The notes under the pieces were generated by a model. That model was not told the DNA's origin. It was given only the letters and a program-made list of their open reading frames with translations, and did no database searches. A stretch of 64,000 bases of DNA from Bispira polyomma (taxonomy: Eukaryota): positions 87,606,001-87,670,000 of the forward strand of contig OZ287752.1 of assembly GCA_965649765.1 (NCBI GenBank), in the 5' to 3' direction. Below, piece by piece: positions 25,401 through 37,400 of this stretch. Made by a program: the position numbers and the translations under genes. Each line of letters opens with the position of its first letter. Position 1 is the first letter of the stretch.

Positions 25401-28400
25401 CAATGCTTGCTAACCACTAGGCCACCGCGGCCCCGGTCAGCCCGACCTATGTGACCTTTTGTTAAGGGTTTACTGACATAGTGTAGGTACCCCACATATA
25501 TAAGGTACAGGTATCTTAGTGTAGGTACCCACATGTATAAGATACAGGTATCTTAGTGTAGGTACCCACATGTATAAGGTTCAGGTATCTTAGTGTAGGT
25601 ACCCACAATTATAAGGTAGAGGTATTTGTAGTGTAGGTACCCACCTGTAAAAGGTACAGGTATCTTAGTGTAGGTACCCACATGTATGAGGTACAGGTAT
25701 CTTAGTGTAGGTATCCACATGTATGAGGTACAGGTATCTTAGTGTAGGTACCCACATGTATAAGGTTCAGGTATCTTAGTGTAGGTACCCACAATTATAA
25801 GGTAGAGGTATTTGTAGTGTAGGTACCCACCTGTAAAAGGTACAGGTATCTTAGTGTAGGTACCCACATGTATGAGGTACAGGTATCTTAGTGTAGGTAT
25901 CCACATGTATGAGGTACAGGTATCTTAGTGTAGGTACCCACATGTATGAGGTACAGGTATCTTAATGTAGGTACCCACATGTATGAGGTACAGGTATTTG
26001 TAGTGTAGGTACCCACATGTATAAGGTAGAGGTATCTTAGTGTAGGTACCCACATGTATAAGGTAGAGGTATCTTAGTGTAGGTACCCACATGTATAAGG
26101 TAGAAGTATCTTAGTGTAGGTACCCACATGTATGAGGTACAGGTATCTTAGTGTAGGTACCCACATGTATCAGGTACAGGTATCTTAGTGTAGGTACCCA
26201 CCTGTATAAGGTACAGGTATTTGTAGTGTAGGTACCCACATGTATGAGGTACAGGTATTTGTAGTGTAGGTACCCACATGTATAAGGTAGAGGTATCTTA
26301 GTGTAGGTATCCACATGTATGAGGTACAGGTATCTTAGTGTAGGTACCCACATGTATAAGGTTCAGGTATCTTAGTGTAGGTACCCACAATTATAAGGTA
26401 GAGGTATTTGTAGTGTAGGTACCCACCTGTAAAAGGTACAGGTATCTTAGTGTAGGTACCCACATGTATGAGGTACAGGTATCTTAGTGTAGGTATCCAC
26501 ATGTATGAGGTACAGGTATCTTAGTGTAGGTACCCACATGTATGAGGTACAGGTATCTTAATGTAGGTACCCACATGTATGAGGTACAGGTATTTGTAGT
26601 GTAGGTACCCACATGTATAAGGTAGAGGTATCTTAGTGTAGGTACCCACATGTATAAGGTAGAGGTATCTTAGTGTAGGTACCCACATGTATAAGGTAGA
26701 AGTATCTTAGTGTAGGTACCCACATGTATGAGGTACAGGTATCTTAGTGTAGGTACCCACATGTATCAGGTACAGGTATCTTAGTGTAGGTACCCACCTG
26801 TATAAGGTACAGGTATTTGTAGTGTAGGTATATGCTAGGTAAGCAGAGGTAATCGCAAGGCCAATGAGAAGGAGGGAGGCAGCCTTAAGGTAGAACAGAG
26901 TAACAGACAAAGCCCGACCTGTTGTCAAATTTACAGCTGTTTGTTGTACACACATTGTTATAATAGACGTATTGATTGATTGACTTTTGTGGTAAACAAA
27001 TACCTAAAATCTGAAGGTATACTTCTGTGCATTGTTTGCATCAGGAATTCATAAAGGTCTTGTACACACTCACACATGTTATTGAATAGACATTTCAATG
27101 AAGTAAGCCTTTAATTAACTGTTAGTACCATAGTCATGTAAATGTCTTTGTAATCTGATACATTTAGTTAGTTTTAGTCATATTCTCAATTTTTGTGAAG
27201 CAATTGTTGTCATGAAGACATTTCTATGAACAGTTCTCCTGAATTATTGGCACCCAATCTGATATGAATATCTTGTCTGTATATCTTATCTTATACAGTG
27301 ATTTTACTCTCAAAACCTAATTATGAAGCTGCTAAAACCTTTCCTGTGTTAAGCGTTACACTTGGCTAACCATTTATAGTGCATTTCTGCAACTTACAAA
27401 AAAATTTACATTTTCTTTATGCAGATTTAAAATTAAAACATGTATTTAAGTGTGAAATGAACATCTTTAATAGAGGTTATGTTATTTCATATCTTTTAAT
27501 AGTCTCTGCTTGTTGATCAAAATCCTATTCTAGGCCCACTAGGAAGCTTTATTACAGCAGTTAGTATTGGTTAATATAGATTGAATACAAACAGCCATGT
27601 CAGTCAGTGACCATTAGGAAGCCTTTGGTTAATATAGCTTGAATGCAAACAGCCACCTCAGACAGTGACCATTAGGAAGCCTTTGGTTAATATAGATTGA
27701 ATATAAACAGCCACCTCAGACAGTGACCTTTCATACAGTAACACTTGTATGTACAGACAGCTCTAGGGAATGCTCACCCACAGGGTAGCTTTCCTGTTAG
27801 AATTCTTTTACTTCTTGTTTTTGTTCAAATCTGGCACCTGTTACCCCGGAGAAGTTTGACTTCACCAAGTTAATTTGTAGAGAAGATGTTATGTTAAAAA
27901 ACCCTGGGGCCCACATAAAAATTTGCTGGGCCAAGAATGTTCACAAATATGGCCAAAGTTATACCATACAAATTCCAAGTTTAAATAATCCTTTGCTTTG
28001 CCCGGTCACCGCTTTAAAGTAGATATTTAAGCAACATCAACTTCCTCAGGCATTTGCCTTGCTGGCATACCAAGGTTCTATCATTACAGAATCACAATTA
28101 AGGCAAAGATTGGCATCAATATTAAAAGTTTTAGGCATTCCTGTAACTAGGTCACTCTTTCCATACATTCAGGAGGTCCGCCGCCATGTTGGCATTTAAT
28201 TCTGAAGCTAGTATTAAATCTATAAAGAATCAAAGTGCTTGGTCAAGTGATGCCATATGCAATAACTTTTATCAAATTCAAAGCATACTTCAGCCATACC
28301 GAGAAGGTTTAATGTTGTTGTAAGTCTGATTTTGTCAAGGCGTGTAGAGATCCCCTACTGTTATGTGATTACTAACCACTAACTTTTAGCCAAAACAAAA

Positions 28401-31400
28401 AAACTATTAATGAATAAACTATTTTAAATAATCATACAGTTGTTTGAATGTAGACATTAATCGGGTAGACTTGATTAAGGGTTTTATTCAAAGAAATGTT
28501 GTACTGCACCGCGCATGTCAAAGATCAGTTGCGACCAAGTATTTGAACAAAACATTGAAATGGTGTCACTTTCGACTCTACATTATTGTCCTATATTCAC
28601 TATAGAATTTTTTTCAAAATTTATGTCACCACTTTTAAGGCTGTAGTCACTCAACAGCCATCCTACCTCCCATCTCATCTTTCTTTCTGTAATCTGAAGA
28701 GAGGTGATAGACTTTCTGGTTCCTTTGTTAAATCCATCAAGAAGGCTGGATCCAGAACATTCCCATGGCAGTCTCCTACTCTCCCGGTTAGACTCACTAG
28801 AAACACTTATTGGTTCAATAAAAAACCGTCCTGTACTTCCACGTCCTTACAACCTGACTTTGTTTATGGACTACATGATTGGTTGACAGATCCTCTTGTT
28901 GTATTTTAGAAGATGCCTGGCATCAATAAAGTGTGGTCAAAATATATAATAATCATATTTCGAAGCGGTCCCTCTGTAGGTCAAATATTGCTGTTGGGAG
29001 TAATGTAGGCGGTCTCCAGTCACAACTTAGGAGTTGGTCTTTCTATACAGGATATTATACATAAGAAACATCAAAGTGGTCTTTAAGTAGCAGTGGTCGC
29101 TCATTGAGACTGGTCAACGGTACACGTTCCACTGTAATTGCACTCACTGACCTCTCTATCTTTACAGCTTTAACATACTGGACATCTCTGACACTGACCA
29201 TTCACTGACCTTCCTATACTTCCAGCTTTAACACACTGGCTATCTCAGACACTGACCACTCACTCACCTCTCTATACTTCCAGCTTTAACACACTGGATA
29301 TCTCAGACACTGACCACTCACTCACCTCTCTATACTTCCAGCTTTAACACACTGGATATCTCAGACACTGACCACTCACTCACCTCTCTATACTTCCAGC
29401 TTTAACACACTGGATATCTCAGACACTGACCACTTACTCACCTCTCTATACTTCCAGTTTTAACATGCTGGACATCTCAGATGGTATCGAGTCTTTGGGT
29501 GCTGTACGCTGGCAGTTGGCGCTCTGTTTACTTCTCTGCTGGACTATTGTGTTTGTGTGTCTGTGGAAAGGGATCAAGTCTCAGGGAAAGGTAGGTGTGT
29601 GACTGTATGTGTGGCTGTGTGTGGTGATGTGGTGACTGTGTGTGGTTGTATGTGAGGCTCTGATTCATGATTGGCCCATGCCTCATCTTTCCACCAAGTT
29701 TAGTGTAAAAATGTTAAAAGGCTTTATTACACATTGTATTGTATATTGTATATGTATACCCTTGTATAAAATAGTACACTACATAAGGGGTGTTTTGTCA
29801 GTATTTTGTATTCTTAAGTTATAACTTTTATCATACACTATATTTTATTATTGTGAAGTTTGAAATAAAAAAAATATAAGTAAAAATGTTACTAGGTAAC
29901 TTGTATCACATGTTTTTTCTGTTACTATGTAACCTGTATCACGTGTTTTTTCTGTTACTATGTAACCTGTATCACATGTTTTCTTTGTTACTATGTAACT
30001 TGTATCACATGTTTTCTCTGTTACTAGGTAACTTGTATCACATGTTTTCTCTGTTACTATGTAACCTGTATCACATGTTTTCTTTGTTACTATGTAACTT
30101 GTATCACATGTTTTCTCTGTTACTAGGTAACTTGTATCACATGTTTTCTCTGTTACTATGTAACCTGTATCACATGTTTTCTTTCTTACTATGTAACTTG
30201 TATCACATGTTTTCTCTGTTACTATGTAACTTGTATCACATGTTTTCTCTGTTACTATGTAACTTGTATCACATGTTTTCTCTGTTACTAGTTAACCTGT
30301 ATTACATGTTTTTCTGTTACTAGGTAACTTGTATCACATGTTTCTCTGTTCCTAGATAACCTGTATTACATGTTTGTCTGTTACTAGGTAACCTGTATTA
30401 CATGTTTCTCTGTTCCTAGATAACCTGTATTACATGTTTCTCTGTTACTAGGTTACCTGTATCACATGTTTTCTCTGTTACTAGGTAACCTGTATTACAT
30501 GTTTCTCTGTTACTAGGTTACCTGTATCACATGTTTTCTCTGTTGCTAGGTAACCTACATCACCTCAGTGTTTCCCTTCATCCTGCTGATTATGCTGTTA
30601 GTTAGGGGAATCACTCTAGAAGGCTCTACTGAGGGAATCCTCTACTACATCACCCCACAGTGGCACCGACTCTGGTCAGCAAAGGTAAATGGGTGTGTGG
30701 GTTGGGGTGGGGCTGTGTTAGAATGGGGGCTGTGTTAGGGTTGGGGCTGTGTTAGGGTGGGGCTGTGTTAGAATGGGGGCTGTGTTAGGGTGGGGGCTGT
30801 GTTAGGGTGGGGGCTGTGTTAGGGTTGGGGCTGTGTTAGGGTGGGGGCTGTGTTAGGGTGGAGGCTGTGTTAGAGTGGGGCTGTGTTAGGGTGGGGGCTG
30901 TGTTAGGGTGGGGGCTGTGTTAGGGTGGGGGCTGTGTTAGGGTTGGGGCTGTGTTAGGGTGGGGGCTGTGTTAGAGTGGGGGCTGTGTTAGGGTGGGGCT
31001 GTGTTAGGGTGGGGGCTGTGTTAGGGTGGGGGCTGTGTTGGGTGGGGGCTGTGTTAGGGTGGGGCTGTGTTAGGGTGGGGGCTGTGTTAGGGTGGGGCTG
31101 TGTTAGGGTGGGGTCTGTGTTGGGTGGGGCTGTGTTAGGGTGGGGGCTGTGTTAGGGTGGGGCTGTGTTAGGGTGGGGTCTGTGTTGGGGGGGGGGGCTA
31201 TGTTAGGGTGGGGGCTGTGTTAGGGTGGGGCTGTGTTGGGGGGGGGGGGGAAGTTTGATACGGGCTGTGTAAAGCTGTATTTGGGCTTGTACACCACTGT
31301 ACAAGTGTTTGTATCTCTGTATCTACTGGTCTATTTCTGTCTGCGTATCTCTGTAAACCTATCCTTGTACTTCTAGGTCTGGGGTGACGCGGCTGTATAA

Positions 31401-34400
31401 TTAATGTTTGTCTTTCTGTATTTACCAGTCTATTGCTGTCTGTGTATTTCTGTATATGTGTATCTCTGTAAACTTATCCTTGTACTCCTTGATCTGGGGT
31501 GACTCAGCTGTAGTTTTTGTGTCTCTGTTTTTACCAGTCTATTGCTGTCTGTGTATTTCTGTATATGTGTATCTCTGTATACCTATTCCTGTACTTCTTG
31601 GCCTGGTGTGACTCAGCTGTACAAGTTTTTGTGTCTCTGTACTTACTAGTGTATTTGTAGGTTTGTATCTCTCTATTCCTGTACTAAGTGTGGGTGAGGC
31701 TGCTGTACAAGTAATTGTATTTCTGTGTGTACTAGTGTATTTCTGTATATGTGTTGTACTTCTGTATATGTCTGTTTCTCTTTTTGTGTATTTCTCTATA
31801 TGTGTATTTCTGTCTGTGTATTTCTGTATATGCATATCTCTGTATACCTATCCCCGTACTTCTAGGTCTGGGGTGACGCGGCTGTACAAGTGTTTTACTC
31901 CATGTCCACATGTTGGGGCGGTCTGATTACACTTGCTTCTTACAATAAGTTCAACAACAACTGTCTCAGGTAAACATAGTGTAAAGTAAAGAGTGTGTAA
32001 AGTAAAGAGTGTGTAAAGTAAATATAGAGTAAAGTAAACAGAGTGTAAAGTAAACAGTGTGTAAAGTAAATATGGTGTAAAGTAAACAGAGTCTAAAGTA
32101 AACAGAGTGTAAAGTAAACAGAGTGTGAAGTAAATAAGGTGTAAAGTAAGCGTAATCTCAGGTAAACACCCAGCCTTAGTCATGTATTCTGTGTTTTAGG
32201 GACAGTTTGGTGGTAACCATTGGAGACACTTTGACTGCAGTATTTGCTGGGTTTGTCATCTTTGCTATCATTGGTTACATGGCTAAGGAGATTGGAGTGC
32301 CCATAGAGGAAGTCGCCACACAAGGTACTTTGTAGGCAATGTTTAAAAATAGTAATTACACACGAAAAACCATGGTATACGCAGAATTTTATTGTAATTC
32401 AATGTTTAGGTCCACGAGGAATACTAATAAAGTGCTTATACCATGGTTTGGAGTGTTTTATTCCTATTCTAACATGACAATATAATAAAAAAGATAAAAG
32501 TTAAAATTATGGCATAGCAACCTAGTATTTTTTGTCTGTCTATTTCATACACTTACAGGTGCGGGCCTGGCGTTTATTGTCTATTTCATACACTTACAGG
32601 TGCGGGCCTAGCGTTTATTGTTTACCCATCAGCCGTCACCAACCTTCCCGTGTCCCCTCTATGGTCAATACTTTTCATGCTGATGTTACTCAATTTAGGC
32701 CTGGGCACTCAGGTAAGTACATATTGTCTTACTGGTCAGTCATAAGGTAGACCTTTACTTCGTACCTATATGCATGCCCTGATATACTTAAGATGCACCT
32801 TTAGTTGGTACCTGTGTATATGTCCTGATATACTTAAGATACACCTTTAGTTGGTACCTGTGTGTATGTCCTGATACTTTAAGGTAGACCTTTAGTTGGT
32901 ACCTGTGTGTATGTCCTGATATACTTAAGATACACCTTTCGTTAGTACCTGTGTGTATGTCCTGATATACTTAAGATACACCTTGAGTTGGTACCTGTGT
33001 GTATGTCCTGATACTTTAAGGTAGACCTTGAGTTGGTACCTATACGTATGTCGTGATACTTTAAGGTAGACCTTTAGTTGGTACATGTATGTATGTCCTG
33101 ATACACTAAGGTAGACCTTTAGTTGGTACCTGTGTGTATGTCCTTGTACTTTCCTGAGTACCTTTCCCATATGTTGGGCATCTATTTGACAGTTGAAAGC
33201 TTTTCACAAATATTGTCATTGATATGTTGATTACAAGCAGCCATTTTGACCTTTGCCACTTCTATTTGTGGTCTTGTTCATTGGGTTGTTTTTTGATGGT
33301 GTAATAGACAATAAAATACCATTGTGTAAAATAATCATATACTATACTATAAAATATATGTAACATATAAGTTATATATGTGTAAGAAATGATTACAGCT
33401 TATGTAGGAAACCAAGAAACTCATATTGAGTTGTTTCATAAAAGAGTGTACCTGATAACATATGGTTAAGACATTTCTGTGGAGCGTTGATTAAGTTAAG
33501 AAGTATACCAATCAACTGTCAGTGATACATTTAAATAAAATAATGTGCTTGTTATCCATCTGATAAACAAAAACTGTATCTTATTTGTGTTTCAAATCGA
33601 TAAGTTGTGTAAAGGAAAACAACATTAAAACATTGACTCTTTAAAACACTCATAGAAATGATATTTGCAGACTTGCTTATTAATCACTCAAGACATTATG
33701 TCTGTATGATAATGTACAAACCCCTCATCTCCGTCAGAAGTCCACTGTTGAAATGTAATGATATACAGTAGAATTCTGTTAAGTCAAGTTTAACGGCACC
33801 ATCAAATTTGTTCTACTCAACACAAATTCTACGTTAACCGTGTCAATTCTAATTAGAAATATAACAATGGGAACTTCTACTTATCAGAGCTCTGCTTCAA
33901 TGGTTTTGACTGTAGCTTGGTGTAAGAGATTGTGTTATATCTCCACCTGGGCCACTATTGTAATATGACCTTAACTTGTGTCCTTTCCAGCTGACCCTTG
34001 TCACGACCTCACACACCACCCTCCTAGATGTTTTCCCAAATCTACTCAGGAAGGGTAAACGTCCTGTGTTGTTGTTAGGGGCTCTGTGTCTCCTTGGATA
34101 CTTAGTGGGACTGATCATCTGTACAAGGGTAGGTGTCACTTCTATCTACTAGTAAAGTGTAAACATCCTGTGTTGTTAGGGGCTCTGTGTCTCCTTGGTT
34201 ACCTGGTGGAACTGATCATCTGTACAAGGGTAGGTGTCACTTGTATCTACTAGTTAAGTGTAAACATCCTGTGTTGTTAGGGGCTCTGTGTCTTCTTGGT
34301 TACCTGGTGGAATTGATCATCTGTACAAGGGTAGGTGTCACTATTATGTATTAGTTAAGTGTAAACATCCTGTGTTGTCAGGGGCTCTGTGTCTCCTTGG

Positions 34401-37400
34401 TTACCTGGTGGAACTGATCATCTGTACAAGGGTAGGTGTCGCTTGTATCTACTAGTTAAGTGTAAACGTCCTGTGTTGTTAGGGGCTCTGTGTCTCCTTG
34501 GTTACCTAATGGAACTGATCATCTGTACAAGGGTAGGTGTCGCTTGTATCTACTAGTTTAGGGTTAAATATGAATACAACTCAATGTAGAATTTGTAATA
34601 CATTTATTTTGGGTTTTTTCCGAGAATATATTGAATTTTATTGAAATAGTAAATCATACAAAAATAATGCTGAAGTCTTTTTTTATTCTGTGGTGTACAC
34701 TATTCTAGTATTGATTCCTTCTTTATATGTGCATTGTGTCACATTTAGTTGGGCTCTACTTGCACAAATATTAACATTTTTGTAATAATTTTACGCCAGG
34801 TCATATGTAATATTTGTTGCTAATAAATTGTTAACCTTATAATTAAAATTTTAAAATTAAACTTAATTTGTTATTGACGTCCTCCAATATTATTTTCAAA
34901 AACCAGAAAGTAAAAATTATAATTTAAACATTGACTTTGAGGCCTTTCTGACAAACTAGTCTGTGCTTAAGGACGGTTTTTCATTTATAACATGGTCTAG
35001 CAGTGTTTGTTTTGCGTATTTATGTTACTAGACCCTTAACTCAAACAGACCAGCCATTCACAAAGATTCTTTAAAAGCCGGTAGTTTTTCTGTCTCAATT
35101 AATTGGATTGGCTGAGAGAGAGAACATTTCTCAGAATGATTGTATTCTAAGAATGTTTGTGAATACAAGCTCAGAAGAAATATACCTCTACATAACAGAG
35201 CTTTGCTTAAAGCAGTTACACTGGATGTGTGGCAAACAAATGTGGTGGTATCAACTACACAAAGTGAATGTTTGATGTGAATTCCAAACTATGACTCAGC
35301 AAAACAGATGCAAACAATAAGTACAGTATCAAAGTAGTGTTGTGAAAGTGCTGAGTCATCCTTACTCAGCTTAATGTTCTAGAGTGGATCTGCTGACCTG
35401 GGCTAGAGTTTTAAACAGACAAGTCATCTTTACTCAGCTTAATGTTCTGGAGTAGATCTGATGACAAGAGCTAGATTTTTATACCCACTGAGATAATCCA
35501 TGTTACAATGCTACACACACACTGTACACACACACTGTACACATACAGTACACACACACTGTACACACACTGTACACACACACAGTACACACACACTGTA
35601 CACACACACAGTACACACATACTGTACACACACTATACACACATTTAGTTGCATGTCTCCACACACTGTACACCCCTTTGATTGTCTCTATCTTTTCACA
35701 CAGGGAGGGATGTACGTCCTTCAGATCATGGATTCCTACGCTCCTTCCTACGCCCTCCTAGTGGCAGGTCTGGCTGAAGTGTTAGTCATCTCCTATGTGT
35801 ATGGTGAGTGAACTCAACTAGTCACCTTATTTAACGTCCTGAATTAGTTATCTAACTCAGTGGACTAAGTAATCTTAAAGACCTGACTGAGTGACATTAG
35901 CGACCTTAATTAGTGACCTACCTCAGTGTCGTAAATTAGCTACCTGATTTAATGTACTAAGTGACCAGACTCGGTGACCTCAATTGGTGACTTTATTCAG
36001 TGTGCTGAATTAGCTACCTTACTTATTGGACTAAGTGACCTTAGTTACCTTCCTCAGAGACCTTATTTAGCGACCATACTTATTACTGACCTTATGTAAT
36101 ATTTACTGACTTTTGTAACCAAAATAGCAATATTTTATATTGTAATATGATCATACTTGTAGACCTGATTTCGTAACCTTAGCAACCTGGTTTAGTGACC
36201 TTATCCAGTGACCTTACTCAGTGACCTTTTTCAGTGAACCTACTCCATGACCTTACTAAGTGGGGACCTTATTTAGTGACTTTATTCAGTAACCTTTTTT
36301 GGTGACCTCACTTAGTGACCTTACTCAGGGACATTTCTCAACAAACTTACTCACTGTCCTTTCTTAGTGACCTTATTCAGTCACTTTAGTGACCTTTCTC
36401 AGTGAATTACCTTAGTGACCTTAGACATGTTTAAAGACTTCACTCCCTGTCAACTGTTTAAAGACTTCACTCCCTATCAGCCTGTTTTAAACATGTTAAC
36501 ACCAGTCAACTGCATTATGTTTTATTTGTTTTTACTCTTTCTGTGTGGTACATCATGAATTGTTAGCATAAATAAGTTATATATACAAATATATAGTGCC
36601 ATGTTTGATGACAATACCCTCTTGTCTGTCCAGGTTTAGACCGATTCTTTAAAGACATTGAGCAGATGGTGGGCAGCAAGCCGAGTGTGTTCTGGAAGAT
36701 TTGTTGGAAAGTGGTCACTCCTACCATTATTGTGGTCAGTAGTTTACAGTCTATATGTCCTGTACATTAATGTATTACCTTCTATAGCATCTAATACATT
36801 GTTACCTAGGAGCGGAAGGTCACCTAAAAGACACAAGTGTTATACTTACTTTTGAGAGACAAAATGGTTTCTATCAGTCAATTGATTAGAGGAGTCTTTC
36901 TGAAGTGGACGCCACAGTGAAGGCCCCAGATCCATATATACTGGATGGACTGTAGTAATTAACATATTGATTTGAAGCATTTCTAGAACACCATATTGAT
37001 GAACGCATCTTCTAAGGCAGTGAATGGTTCTCTAAGAAGGGATAGAGTCATACAACACAGCAATGGTTGTCATTAGTAGGCAATGGTTGTTATCAGTAGG
37101 CAGTGGTGTGTTATCAGTAGGCAATGGTGTGTTATCAGTTGGTAATGGTGTGTTATCAATAGGCAATGGTGTGTTATGAGTAGGCAATGGTGTGTTATGA
37201 GTAGGCAATGGTGTGTTATCAATAGGCAATGGTGTGTTATCAGTAGGCAATGGTGTGTTATCAGTAGGCAATGGTGTGTTATCAATAGGCAATGGTGTGT
37301 TATCAATAGGCAATGGTGTGTTATCAGTAGGCAATGGTTGTTATCAGTTGGCAATGGTTGTTATCACTTCTTGTCCAAGGATGTTCTATCCACCAAGTCA

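Noticed and set aside
30695-31250. True or interstitial telomere
   Set aside because: TTAGGG is embedded singly in a 16-17 bp unit rather than in tandem hexamers.
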